The notes beneath the pieces were generated by a model, which did no database searches, had not been told where the DNA came from, and saw nothing but the letters and a program-made list of their open reading frames with translations. The translations under genes were made by a program, and so were the position numbers. From Tubiluchus corallicola (lineage: Eukaryota > Animalia > Priapulida), in NCBI GenBank assembly GCA_030141605.1, contig JAQGDQ010000545.1, forward strand, positions 1 to 64,000: a stretch of 64,000 bases of DNA, written 5' to 3'. Below are positions 39,260 through 54,330 of the stretch, in pieces. Every line of letters begins with the position of its first letter. Position 1 is the first letter of the stretch.

Positions 39260-40404
39260 GTAAGTAGATGAATTCTTTAATTGCATGACAATTCCAAATG
39301 TGTTTGAGCACCAATCACAGTTTTCACATAACGCCTTCAGTTTATCATGGTACGTCATAGCTGTTTTTAATAGTATCACAAACTCGAAAAATGTGCATAG
39401 CCATGACTTAGTCTATTATAACTTATAACTTCTGACCATTTAATAAAAGGATGCTCAAACCGTAGAAAAATTATTCGTCAAGGCATCTTTTCATAGACTT
39501 TTAAAGCAAAACTGGACCCAATATTAAACTGTTGGTCAAAACAATCTACCTTATAAAATATTGAAAGGGAAACATACTAGTTTTTAAAAAATGGCTTACG
39601 TAAAACTATTATTACAACAAAAAGTTTCACGTTCGCGCCACTAGTTCTTCGCTTTTACATGCATTTCGCCATTCGAGACTAACTAGAGTTCAACCAAAAA
39701 ACAACTAGACTTCACTTTTGATGCTAGAAGCATAGTGAATTTCTAAACGTAACTGTGCGTTCATAATACTTGCACGTGGATATGAAAGATATCTACTGCT
39801 TAGGAAAGTTCTTCGGGGATATTGCTCAATAGCTCATAGCTAATTCAATCAAGTCATTCTATTCTGTATATCTTTGGAATTTTTCATTGAAATCTCAACT
39901 ACTTTTGAATTCGTTTCATATAAATTTCTCCAAATTTTACTACAAAGTTTTCTGAAGCGACTTGATGCAGATGTTCAATGGGGAAAAGCTACAGGCATGT
40001 CTATTTACTTGACGTAGTTCGTTGTGAAGATAATTGTTAACGTTTTGGAAGACTTAATATTCCGATGTTAAACCACGAGATCTGTGTTAGCTATGGGTTG
40101 TGGTTTGCAGAAAACAATTAACAATGAAATTAAATCGTTAGCTGGTAATGCTTTGATGAGTACGTATGGAAGAAGCACCCCGCGACCCGGCGTACTAATT
40201 TTCAAGCCGTATTTTTATTAAGCATGAAATTGTTCATGTTCAAACGAAACCTTAGTCGCTTTTCACGTTTCTGACAGGTTTCACTTGAACGGAAAGAGTT
40301 TGCTCTTGCGTATGTAAACAGTTTATGTTTCCGTTCATTTGTAAATGTAAAAATAGCGTCAGATGATCTGAAATAGTGGTACAAAAGAAGACGCGGTGAT
40401 GAAC

Positions 40405-40793
<389 letters not shown>

Positions 40794-40885
40794 ATATGCA
40801 ATCGTATATGTGTATTCAAAAATAAATGTTAATAATTATTACGTTGTTAAGTAAGCAGAATGTTTATGAGGAAAAGCAGTACTAT

Positions 40886-41503
40886 TTAAAGGAAAGGTCA
40901 AGCCTTCTTGAAAGTTAGGCTTATTTCAGTTCGCGAAAAATGTTAGAAGGATTTAGTAGTAAAACTGCAATAAGCGCCTCGTGTAATTCGTAAATTCACT
41001 TTAAAGTCACTTCATGCCTGGGCGCTCCCATTTTCAATGCCTATTCTTCTTCCAATGACGTCATTCGTCTTGACGAAAAGTAACGCACTGTCAATCTTCA
41101 TCAAAAGTATAACAAGTTTTTACAAAAAAATTAGATAGCTAATTTTGAAGTATTTTTGCGTGAATATTAGGTAAGCTGCAAAATTTTGAAATAGTTTAAG
41201 CTGTGCGCGTTCACGGAAAGCCACGATGCGCTTACGAAACGTCACGGAAAGCCACTACGCGCTTACGAAACGTCACGGAAACCCACTACGCGCTTACGAA
41301 ACGTCACGGTCTCCCAGTTATGTCATGATTTTCTAGTGAATGGCGGCAACCACCATGCCTGAAAATTTCTATTCAGAGGTAGTATATTTTAAATTTAAGC
41401 TTTATAGACAGTTTTTTGCAATTTATTTGTTACATTTTTCTAAGATTAAGTGATAACAGTAAAATAAGCCCAACATGCTGAGTGACTTGTTGAGAGTCCT
41501 TTA
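40886..41503 (+). mobile_element. MITE family B with an internal 33-bp triplication
   Basis: ttaaaggaaaggtcaagcc head; cacggaaagccactacgcgcttacgaaacgt x3. Confidence 0.85.
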
Positions 41504-42404
41504 CCATCAACGCCTACTGCAACGGTAACTGCCTCTCAAAAACAAATAGAATGCTTCAAGTCACCTCTCTTTCTTTTCTTTCAATTATGAACCAAACACT
41601 CGCGCATTAATGCCAAAGTTGAATGATGTACGTTCACACTGTATGCGCGTCCCTCAACTACTGTCAAATATCAGAGCATAATCCGGACTAACGTCGATGA
41701 CTTCTTAAGTGAAGATTTAATCTAAGACGTTCCATAAGGCGTTCCAAGACTAGCCGAAATTGCCTCTAAATTGCAGCGTTGCCGTCGACAAGTAGCTGTA
41801 CCAGAAATGACAAAAAGTCAATTATGTATACGACTGTTCGAATGTGCTGGGACCAGGAAGTAGACGAGATAGACTGGGCACAAATGAAGTCAGCTGGAGG
41901 AAATTGGTTTGGCTAAGTTTCTTATTATGTTGTATTGGTTTGAAGAAGCATTGATTTTTCAACGGTTTCAGTTTAGCCTCTTTCAAAGTGACCGAATCAT
42001 AACTGTCCATAACACGTGTGTTTCATCTGGTTATCGAATTATAATGTGTATGACATCTTACGAATGAAGAATTATAGTCAATAGTAACGTATTATTTAAA
42101 GCACATAAAACACTCTTCATAAACAATACTTAAAAAATTCGTTTTGCAATTTTGTACCACTTGCACGCTTTTGGGGTGTCCACATTTGAATGTATTTTTG
42201 TAAAAAGGAACTAGTTCCTGATGCAAGTTTCTTGAAATAAGCCTTTTTACAACCTTGAATCACATAATTTCTCATCAACTAAATCAAATTATCAATATTT
42301 ACAGCAAGACACCTGTTTGTGATCCAGGCCAGTCAACCTATTATCTGTTATTCAACTATGAAACTTTTATTTATGAAAACAAAAAGGACAAAACGATTTC
42401 TGAC

Positions 42405-42903
42405 AATAAACCTTTTCACAGTTCCAACGATTGACAATGATCGTGGAAAGGTCAAAGGTTAAGTGTGCCAAACAACGCATTTGTGTACACTTGACAACGC
42501 CTCGCAGCCCTTGATGTTGTAATACTAACAATTTAAACAGCTAGCTAGAACCTTACCTAGTTCATTTTTTCTTGTTCCCAAGCAAGATCTTGCTAGTAAA
42601 TCACTCTACGGCGTGTAAAGCAAAGCCATATGCCGCACCAGTTCAGTAACTACAATTATTTTATGTGGACTTTACTTAATTATGCACTAGTCAGTGCGTA
42701 GAGTGATTTACTAGCAATATCTTGCTTGAGAACAAGAAAAAAATGAACTAGGTAAGGTTCTAGCTACTGTTAAAGCTGTTACTATTACAATAGCATGGGC
42801 TGCGAGGCATTGTCAAGTGTATGTAAATCTGTTGTCTGGCACACTTAACCTTTGACCTTTTCACGATCAGCATCAATCGCTGGAACAGTGAAAAGGCCTT
42901 ATC
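42405..42903. mobile_element. Palindromic derivative of MITE family A
   Basis: The same ~200-bp end occurs in both orientations. Confidence 0.85.
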
Positions 42904-44160
42904 AACCTATTATTCGTTATTCAATTGTCCCAAATAAATATTCTTTGCTGAAAGACCTTAAAGTGTTTTTATTCGATTTTCAAAACAGTAACTCGATTTA
43001 TAAACCAGCTGGACCTATTATAAGGACTCACAACCTCTAATAAGCTATAAACTAATATGATATTTTCATGAAAATTTATGAAATCGGAGCCGGAAATGGT
43101 GCTAGGTAAACACTTGGAATCCATTTTCTTTTCCCTAATCAAATATTATCAGACTAAATAAGAAATGTTTGGAAATCGAAATAGCAATAAATAGATTACG
43201 CAAAAACTGCTGCAAAATATTGTTATAACTTGCTTCCTTTCAACTAAAAGAAATAGAGCTTCATACCAATGGGGAACACAGCATTTAAAATAGACTGATG
43301 TACACCAGCTTCTATTACTTGTATTAAAAATTGTTACGTTATTAAAATACGGTAAAATTTATATGCAAAAAATTATTGACACCGGCCTCTTACGTTATTG
43401 ATACGAGGCGTATAAAGAATTTTGTCGAGAATAAGAATAAAAGGTGGTTTTATTTTTCGTTTTTATAATTTCGTTCCTTGTTTGCTCATAAAAAATGCGC
43501 TTTTATCTAAAGTTTGTTCTCAAAAGGTATATTATTAGTTTTTGTGTCCATCTTTGTATTTGCTATATAATCATGAATAAAAACAATAAACAAATTGGTT
43601 AAAACATCATGATGTACTTATTTACATTGTCGATATATTAGTAAACGTCACAACATTACGACCAATCAAAGTCAAATTCCTGTAAACATAATAATATAGT
43701 TAGTAAACGTGACAACATTACAATATATATATATATATATTACAGATGGGCGACTCTTATCCCTACACCTACAGTATTGTAAGATTCATCTATTAAGTGG
43801 GGGAAAAACCTGTCTCGACAACTATACAGCAGTCAGGTTTTTCCCGAAGAACCATTTCCTGCCTAGGTCTTTTTACCTAACCTATTCATTAAGCAAGTAT
43901 GTATTATGCGGTCAATAAGGCATTTAACAGAGTATTCGACAAGTTTCCTACACAAATCTTAAACAATTAAGTTACAGAAGTAATTATACAATATTCATTT
44001 AAGTACTTCTATACAGCTTTCTTACAATACAAATGACAATTTGCTTACTTCGGAAAAAGAAGTTTCCGACACAGGAAATACGGTAAAATATATGCAAAAA
44101 ATTTATTGATACCGACCTCTTGTGTTATTGATACGAGGCGTATGAAGATTTTAATATAAA

Positions 44161-44780
44161 TTAAAAGAAAACCGGACCCAATCTTAAACTGTAGCTGAAA
44201 ATAATCTAACCTGTAAAATATTCAAAAGGAACATACTATTTTACAAGAATGGCTTATGTGAAAGAATTATTACCACAGAAACCTAATTTTGTATTCTCGC
44301 CGCCAGATCTTCGCTTTTACATGTATTTCATCGGGCGCTAGCGATTGATCTGGGATACGAATTGTATAAAAAAGCAGGCGCTGTAACGCTCAGTTCAGAA
44401 GTGTTCATTTGTGGCGTATTGAACACATTGGAGAACTCATGCGTAAGTACAGCGGGAAGCTTGAAATTTAAATTTTTATTTTAAAATTTGCTGAGTTTTC
44501 GTATGTTACGCTGAATGTTGTACAGTAGCACTGTACTTCAATTTTCACTTTCGCAAATACGTTCAACGCGCTCATGGCATGTTTGTGTTGTTGAAAATTG
44601 TGTTCAGTTGTGATGGCATTACTAAGTTGAGCTTAGTAAGTTAAGTTTTTAGCCTACTATTTACTACAAATGCTACTACTTAATTATCACGTTGGTATTA
44701 CTATAAGTGCTAAAATGTATACCTTTTTGTCGTTCATCAAAATGTGGTAGTATATGAAAAATCATCTTGTTTTCCTTTAA
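44161..44780 (-). mobile_element. MITE family C
   Basis: ttaaaagaaaaccggacccaatc ... cttgttttcctttaa. Confidence 0.85.
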
Positions 44781-45378
44781 GAAAAAATTAAAAACGACCA
44801 AAATAAAATAGTTTCAGTTGTCAGTTTGGAGAATTTTTGCATCTTTATTTGCTGTCATTTTAGAGTGTGACATCGACTCTATGGGTTAGGAACCAAATAT
44901 GACAAAACTGTATTTGCTTTATATTTTTTATAAGATCGAAAACCAAATCTCTCTTGTCTACTTTATGTGCTTTCGCGGTGCTTAAACATTTAAATGCACT
45001 GTGTTTGAGATCCTTAAGCTCGACTTCACGAGAAAATCACGTCTGAGAATTCGAATGAAACAAATCAAAAATTTAATTTTCTTTCTTAGTAAAATAATTA
45101 AATTTTATTGGTCGAGCAAAGGCTTGTCTAATCGCAAATTGAAATTTTGAATTTTTCCACGATCAGCTCGAGCAAGCTGAGTTTTTAACCTTTACAATTG
45201 AGTATGAAAAGCAAACCAACCGAAACTGCTCAAACAAAACCACTGCTTTCCCGAAATTAATTTATAATACGGGAAAGACAATCCAAACGCACTTCATAAT
45301 GTTTAAATCGATGGTAAATTTTGATGACAACGAATTAAAGGAGAACTGAGGATATGAACTCGATTGCCATATACAAGC

Positions 45379-45698
45379 AATAAGCCTTTTCACAGTTTCA
45401 ACTCGATTGATGATGATCGTGAAAAGGTCAAAGGTTAAGTGTCCCAGCACTTGTGTACATCTGCAAACTCGCTGCCTATGCTATTGTAATAGTAATAGTT
45501 TTAACAATGAGCCAGAACGTGAACGTTACCCAGGCAAGATCCTGCTAACATATCAATGTACACACAGACTAATGCATTATTATGTAAAGTCCACGTAAAA
45601 CAACTGAGGTTACTAAACTTGATGCAGCAGATGATTTTGTTTTACCCACATGTCAAGTGACGGGCTGTGGTACTCAAACAAGTGTGAAAAGGCTTATT
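45379..45698 (-). mobile_element. MITE family A, internally deleted
   Basis: aataagccttttcacag ... gtgaaaaggcttatt. Confidence 0.8.
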
Positions 45699-45838
45699 AA
45701 CCAAGCTTTCTAGTGTTCTTTTACTTGATCGGTTTACAATTTTATCACTTTCAAATTTCTTGAACTATGTAACCTGTTATGTATATTACTCGTGAGAAGT
45801 GGAATAAACTAATCTCCCTCTCTCCCCCTCCCTCCCTC

Positions 45839-45892
<54 letters not shown>

Positions 45893-46487
45893 CCTCTCTC
45901 TCCCTCTTTTTCTTTCTACATTTTTCATTTCCTTATGTCTTTTGCTCTCCCCTTTCACGTTCACTCTCTTTTCTTACTTTTCATTGTCACCCGTTTATCT
46001 CTCCCTCTCCTTCTTTTCATGACGTTGAAAAACAGTCCTCCCTATTTTGAACTAAAATAATTGCATTGTTTTGACTTGAACAAAGACAATGTTTTGATTT
46101 GTGGTTAACAGATACAAAATGCCAGTGTGCTTTGTACAAGCTGATCTTTTGTGCAAAACCTGCTCGTGTCGAAAACCAAATTAATCTGGTAACATCGGTT
46201 CGATAAGCCTGGAAACCGAGGTACTTAGTCTCGGAGATCCTGCAATCATAATAATCGCTCACGTCTCTACCTTTATAGCTTCCTACACCGCCACGTGGAA
46301 TAAATTTCTAACGTGTAATCGAGACGAATTGCTTTCATGATCCTCTGTTTTGCACATCAACGCCTCGCCGTAAAACTTAATGTGGCAAAAACTTTACTAG
46401 CAAAGCAAAAAGTGCAAGAAACAAATACATGTCACGAAAGACATCGGCTTCTTTCCTTCAAACAAGCCTACAAGGCTTGGTAGCAGT

Positions 46488-47111
46488 TAAAGAAAAACAG
46501 ACCCAACCTTAAGCTGTAGGTCAAAACAATCTACTCTTTATAATATTGAAAGGGAACATACTATTTTTTCAAAAATGACTCACGTGAAAGAATTTTTACC
46601 ACACAAACACAGTTTCACATTTGCGCCACTATTTCTTCGCTGTTACATGTATATCGCCATTCGCTAGTTAGACGGGCACTAGCGCCTGCATTTTGGAAAC
46701 ACATTGCACAAAAAACAGCTGCTGTACCTCTCAGTTCAAATGTGTTAGTTTGTGACGAACTACACACACTTGACAGCTCATGAGTAAGCACAGCAGTAAA
46801 ATTTAAATTTAAATTTTTATCTTGAAGCTTGCCTAGCTTTAGGAGAACGCACTGAATATGTTACAATAGCACAATACTTCAATTTTCGCTTTCACAGACC
46901 CGTGCAACACACTCGTGGAATATTTTTGCTGTTGAAAATTATGTTAGTTTGTGATGTCATCAATACTTGGGCTCGTCCGCCGTTAATTAAGATTTAATCT
47001 ATAATTCAATTATATGAAACGCTTTTGCAGTATTAATTGTGTGAAAAAGTTTACTTTTTACCGGGCTTGAAAATGGGGTCGTATTTGAAAAATCACCCTG
47101 TCTTCCTTTAA
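46488..47111 (-). mobile_element. MITE family C
   Basis: TTAA-bounded; homologous to 44161-44780. Confidence 0.85.
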
Positions 47112-47761
47112 TTCAGTAAAAGGTACAAAAAGATGTATATTAGTTTTGAGGCTGTTTGAGCAGCTGAGATTATGAAAAATTTTATTATTTATTAGAAATC
47201 TGATTTTACAATTTATTATCATCCTGTTTTCCTTTAATGTGGCAAAAACTTGACTAGCAAAGCAAGAAGCCCTTTGAAGTGCAAGAAGCAAATACCTGTC
47301 ACGAAAGACATTGGTTTCTTCTCTTCAAGTAAGCCTACAAGGTTTGATAACAGTTAAGCTAACTTCTTACATGTGCTAATATTTTTAGTTTTTGCTTGAG
47401 AAATTCGAGAATTCTGCTGACAGTCTTTCAACAAGAGCGCGAATTACTGGCGTTATTTCTTATTAGTGAAGAAATTATTCCACGGAATCTCGGTGATATT
47501 TTTAGCACATTTTCCGCCGTTTGTGCTCGATTATTATCGGCGTAAATTGTGTCTTGTCGATTCAAACAGATATCAGCTGTTTGTCGTTATTAAGTGGAAC
47601 AAGCCGTCGAGTGTGTGAAATCCAAGATTAAACTTCAAAGAAATGGATAAAGTAATCCTTCAAGATTCTCTCATTAATGTAGTCAGAACCGCTTCTGACT
47701 ACATAATATAATTACTAAACTGACTATAATTCTCTTAATATAAGCGTGAATTGGCGTGAGA

Positions 47762-48045
<284 letters not shown>

Positions 48046-48047
48046 GG

Positions 48048-48450
48048 CATGTGTTTGTGAAAGCGAAAGTGCTACTGTACAACATTTAGTGTAGTACGCA
48101 AAAGCTCGGCAAATTTAAAGTTTGAAAATTCAAATTTCAAATTGACCGCTATACTCACACACTGTCGAACTGTCGAACGTGTGCTCTCCATTACAACTAA
48201 ACCACATCTGAACTGAGAGGTGCAGCACCTGTTTATTTTCGCTTCAGAAATGTTCGCTCTAGTGCCCCAACTAACTAGCAAATGACGAAATACATGTAAA
48301 AGTGAAGAACTAGCCGCGCGAAATTACGTTTTTGCGATAATAATTTTTTCACGTAAGTCATGCTTGTAAAAATAGCATGTTCCATTTCATTATTTTACAA
48401 CTTATATTGCTTTGAACCATAGTTTAAGATTGAGATCCGATATTCCTTCA
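48048..48450 (+). mobile_element. MITE family C, 5'-truncated
   Basis: Aligns with 62750-63160. Confidence 0.75.
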
Positions 48451-48717
48451 ATGTATTTAAGTAGGCCGTGCGACTTTGCAGTTAGTTTAAGTCGTGATCT
48501 GTTCTACGTTTCGCGAATGTTCTCATCCCCAAAACTGTCAAAAACATCTTCTAAGCTACCAGATCCAGCAAGCTGCAGCTGGCCAAGACTACAGATTGAA
48601 TTGCATACCAACACGAACTGACTGGGACTCTGGTGTGTTTAAGCAAGCAATATACGTGTCTCGGTCATCCATGGTTAGATTTACAAAACAATTAACAAAA
48701 AAAAACATTAGGAATAT

Positions 48718-49172
48718 TTAAAGGAAAGGCCAAACCTTCCAGGAGGTTAAGCTTATTTCAATGTTCACGAAAAATATTAGAGGGATTTAGTAATAAAACT
48801 GCAATAAGCGCTTCGTGTAACTAGTAAAATAACTTTAAAGTCGCGATTACTTCCTGCTTAGGGCTTTTGATTTTGAACGCCCATTCTTCTTCCAATGACA
48901 CCATTTGTCCCGAAGAAAAGTAACACGCTGTCAATCTTCACCAAAGGTATAATAAGTTTTTACAAAAAAATTAAATAGCTAATTTTGTAATATTTTTGCG
49001 CGAACATTAGGTAAACTGCAGAAGTTTGAATTAGTTTAAGCAGCGCGCGGTGACGGAAAGCTACGACGCGCTCACGAAAAGTTACAAAGTCTCCCAGTCA
49101 CGTCGTGAATTTCAAGTGAATGGCGACAACCACCACGCCTGACAATTTCTACTCAGAGGCAGTATATTTTAA
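48718..49172 (+). mobile_element. MITE family B, 3'-truncated
   Basis: ttaaaggaaaggccaaacc head. Confidence 0.8.
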
Positions 49173-49197
49173 ATGCTATTTGGCATTAAATGCGAAT

Positions 49198-49468
49198 ACT
49201 TGGCTTCGAAGTTGTTAGCTTGAAACAAAACTTTGTCAAAAGTTGGTTTAAAACTTGGTTAGTTGGCATCAAAGTTGTTAGTTGGAACCAAACTTGACTA
49301 AAATTGTCTAAAACCCAATTGGTTGGCTTCAAAGTTGTTAGTTTGAAACTATACTTGACTAAAGGTTGGTCTAAAATCTAGTTAGTTGGCTTCAAAGTTG
49401 TTAGTTTGAAACCATACTTGACTAAAGGTTGGTCTAAAATCTAGTTAGTTGGCTTCAAAGTTGTTAGC
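49198..49468. repeat. ~61-bp tandem repeat, ~4.5 copies
   Basis: ttggcttcaaagttgttagtttgaaacc..cttgactaaaggttggtctaaaatctagttag. Confidence 0.85.
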
Positions 49469-49502
49469 CAAAGAAAGCAGATGCGAAAATGTGTGATGTA
49501 AA

Positions 49503-49577
49503 AATGATGATGATGTTGTTGTTGCTGACGATGACGACGATGATGATGATGATGATGACGCTGATGACGACGATGAC

Positions 49578-49637
<60 letters not shown>

Positions 49638-49652
49638 AATAATAATAACAAC

Positions 49653-49681
<29 letters not shown>
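49503..49681. repeat. (GAT)n-(AAT)n microsatellite
   Basis: Direct reading. Confidence 0.9.
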
Positions 49682-49683
<2 letters not shown>

Positions 49684-50775
49684 GCAGTAAAACAATTATA
49701 AAGAGATTTATAAAGAGATTACAAATAACTAATAAGGCAGTTTGCAGGATTTTTTGTCCTCTATTTTCGCTCTATTTTGGCATGGTATTTCTATTGCACT
49801 ATACGTTTTATAACACATGAACGAATGACTAAAAGATAATCATTAAGAGAAGTTTTACTCACAATTTACTTCTTTTAAAGTGATGGTAGCGCCCACGTTG
49901 GCCGAAGTTTAAAATTCTAAAATTCTACAATCATTTCATAAATGTAGACCAATTGAAATTAGTATGTGTAACATTCATTGCGCTATCAATTTCGCAGCCT
50001 TAAAGTTATAAAAATTTGTGATACTTTAAAGAAGTATTCATTGCGAAATTCATTGTGCTTGAATGACAGTGACGAGTGACTTTTATTAGTCATCATGACT
50101 GAACACAGTGTGCTTGTGGGAACAGGAAGTGCCAGTGTGCACAATAGCTTGTGGAAGGGCCCTTAAATGCCGTCGTGGTCATTAAAACTGCCACCCGTCA
50201 CTGTCATTCAAATGTGACAGAGTGTTAATCATGTCTAAACACAATCATAATCCAACTTTTGGATATTTTGAAACGTGAATAGCAGTTAAAGAGTAACCGT
50301 TAAACCAACTTCGATTAAGAAATGGGAATTAATCCTACCCCTAATTAGTAAAACCATGTTGTGTGTTTCGTTGCCTAGTAACCAGTTGTCACTCACAGGT
50401 GAAAAGCGCATGAATTTAGTGCGCATGTCAGTTACAAAACATAACTTCATGTAGCAATGTTACGGTTTTGTCTGCAGAGTATTTACGTAAGTTCTGAAGG
50501 GAATTGTATCGGGAGCTACAGTCTTTGTAATAGAGTCGAACAGCGCAACGTATGATGTGTTCTGTCATTAGCCAGTCCACACCATTAAAATATATCCATT
50601 AGGGAAGTGAAAGTACTGTAGGCATATAAATGGCCACTTTGCCCATTTTGTTGTGTCAATAACATTTTCATAATAATTATTATTGATTTCAATCACGGCT
50701 GTAGAAAGAGTGAGTAAACGCTGTTGTAAAATAGCTCACTGCTTGGCAATTTGAGGCAAATCAAACGCATTTAAC

Positions 50776-51123
50776 AATAAGCCTTTTCACAGTTCTAGCG
50801 ATTGATGATGATCGTGAAAAGATCAAAGGTTAAGTGTATCAAACAACGCATTTGTGTGCACTTGACAATGCCTCGCAGCCCAAGCTGTTGCATTAATAAC
50901 AGTTTTAACAGCTAGCTAGAGTCTTACTTAGTTCATTTTTTTCTTGTTTCCAAGCAAGATTTTGCTAGTAAATCACTCTATACACAGACTAACGCATAAT
51001 TAAGTAAAGTCCACGTAAAACAACTGAAGTTACTGAACTGTAGTTAAGACGCGTTGCTGTGGTACACTTAACCTTTGATCTACAGCAACTGCGAGTGCGC
51101 ATACCGAAACTGTGAAAAGGCTC
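50776..51123 (-). mobile_element. MITE family A
   Basis: Both TIRs present. Confidence 0.85.
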
Positions 51124-51139
51124 AAGCCGTCCCGAGAGT

Positions 51140-51840
<701 letters not shown>

Positions 51841-51849
51841 CATCTTTGT

Positions 51850-52260
51850 AAAAGTACCGTATTTGAGAACAGTAGAAAATAATGAACTTCTTACAGGAAA
51901 CCCATCTGAAATAAGTGTAGTTTATAGTCACCCACTAAAAATGCCTTTAAGCAGATACGACCGGTTTACAGAAACCAGCGCATTCGCCCTCCTGCTTAAC
52001 AGAGGTACCAAATCGTTTAAATACCGAATTAGACTGATTGACAATGAGCAGTGTACATGCGGTCATACATCTCAAACCCCCGAACATTTAATTTATGATT
52101 GTCCATTAGTCACGTCTAACTTAAGATAGGTACTAATAACTGCTATTGGTAATAGGAAGGTTTAAAATGCATACAGAAATAGAGATAACTTGAAATATGC
52201 ACTTGAAATATATATTCGCATTGTTCGAGAATTAATTAGATTAGAAATAATATATTAATT
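51850..52260 (+). mobile_element. LINE 3' fragment related to 13521-13814
   Basis: LLLNRGTKSFKYRIRLIDNEQCTCGHTSQTPEHLIYDCPL. Confidence 0.75.
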
Positions 52261-52513
52261 ATGCCAGTAACTGTATTCATTGCCAGGTGTTAGTACCATG
52301 CGTCTTTTATAACAACTTATAATAAATGTGTAAAGTCTACTTATTATCGTTGTAATAATAACTATTTGAAAGTTATACTAATTGAAATTGTAGTCTGGAA
52401 ATAAGACCAGGTTCACTTGTTATACCTGCAGAAACCAAAATCTAGGCAAATGTAATTAGTGCTCGAAACTGTAATTGTAATAGTAACCTTTGTGTTATAA
52501 TATATTAATTATG

Positions 52514-52551
<38 letters not shown>

Positions 52552-52564
52552 CTCAGTCTCTGAG

Positions 52565-53047
52565 GCGGACGAGCCCAACTATTGATGACATCACAAACGA
52601 ACATAATTTTCAACAGCAAAAATGTTCCACGAGCGTGTTGCGCGTGTTTGTGAAAGCGAAAATTGAAGTACAGTGCTACTGTAAGATATTCAGTGTATTA
52701 AGACTGGGCAAGTTTTATGATTAAAATTTAAGTTTCAAATTTACCGCTGTGATCACGCATGAGCTGCCGAATGTGTGTAGTTCGGCACAAACTAACATAT
52801 TTCAGAGGCATAGCACCTGTTTTCTGCGCAACGCGTTTTCGAAATGCAGGCGCTAGTGCCCGTTTAACTAGCGTATTGCGCAATGCATGTAACAGCGAAG
52901 AACTAGTGGCGGGAACGTGAAATTATGTTTGTGTGGTAATAATCATTTTGTCATTCTTAAAAAATAGTATGTTTTCTTTCAATATTTTAAAGACTAAATT
53001 GTTTAGAGCAGAGCTACCGTTTAAGATTGGGTCGGGTTTTGCTTTAA
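52565..53047 (+). mobile_element. MITE family C, 5'-truncated
   Basis: Ends aagattgggtcgggttttgctttaa. Confidence 0.8.
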
Positions 53048-53799
53048 GCACACACCGACTTTGAGCAGACGTACTTGCTGGAAACGCCATCATTTCAAAA
53101 GTACATACAGGAAATTAAAATACACTAAGATAAACCAGACAAGGAAAAATAAACGCATTAAAGTATTTACTGTATTCAGCCCAGGGCATGCGATACAGAT
53201 GTGATTGCTGAACATCTGAAAAAATCCAATAAAAGAAGCCACCTTGCTGAAAAGTTTCTCGACGAAAGATGCATAATAAAACCATTATTCTGGAAGGTGG
53301 CTTCACGTGAAGCTAGGTCTTAGTTGAGGAATGTGGTCCACACTTGAAATTGCCACTTATTCAGGGCCAGACGAACAAGGTTGCTGAAATTCCTTGGTGC
53401 TGAAATCGACCGGTTCACTCTTTCTTCACTTGTGTGCCGGGACGTAACGGCGGGGCTTACTCGATCAAGTGATTGTGGTGAGCCCGGTACCTATCTAACT
53501 AGCAGAGATACTTGCTTTTGTGTGTAATGCGTTTAGATTCTGCTATTATGAATTAAAATAAGATCATTGCCTTTTACTGTGTATGTGATGTGTGATGCGT
53601 TATAATTTGTAACAATGTTTATTGTGATGACTGTAAGGAATGTTGACTTTCATCGATAGACTGTAAAATTATGTTTATGACAATATGCTTAACGTTTTGC
53701 AAGTGCTATTAGCAAGCAGAGGAATCTTTATTACATTTAAGAGGAGACGCTAAATGGCAAAGATCCCAGCAGCATTAGATGATGCAATCTCTATTAGCG

Positions 53800-53973
53800 A
53801 GATAAATTTATTATTTATTAAATCTCATTTATTTTCAAAATAAAATAAATACAAATCCCTCCATTTGCAGGGTAACAGTGTACAATACATATAAAAAATA
53901 CACTACATATTAAGGCTCACTACAGAGACACGCGCACACGCACACGCACGCACGCACACGCACACACACACAG

Positions 53974-54022
<49 letters not shown>

Positions 54023-54330
54023 TATATATATATATATATAAGGTAGTACATGTTGTACATACTATATCGTGAACAATATCAATGAAGACTGCACTTGCAG
54101 ATACATCGCGAAAAATATACGCTTCATAAACACTGCTATGCGTGACAAACACCGTGGCATCATCGGCGTTTTGGTCTTCGGTGTCAATGTCATTAAACAT
54201 ATCTGCTATAAAGAAAATAAACAGTAGCGGTGATAATAGGGATCCCTACAGCGAAATAAATAGGGAGGGCATATAACAGATTTCAGTTCAGATGTTAGCC
54301 GTATCTTTACTGATTAACCTCAACGTCTTT
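53800..54330 (-). mobile_element. Internally deleted LINE copy (same family as 13150-14660)
   Basis: GSLLSPLLFIFFIADMF...NADDATVFVTH RT motifs joined to IFRDVSASAVFIDIV; shared 3' UTR. Confidence 0.8.
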
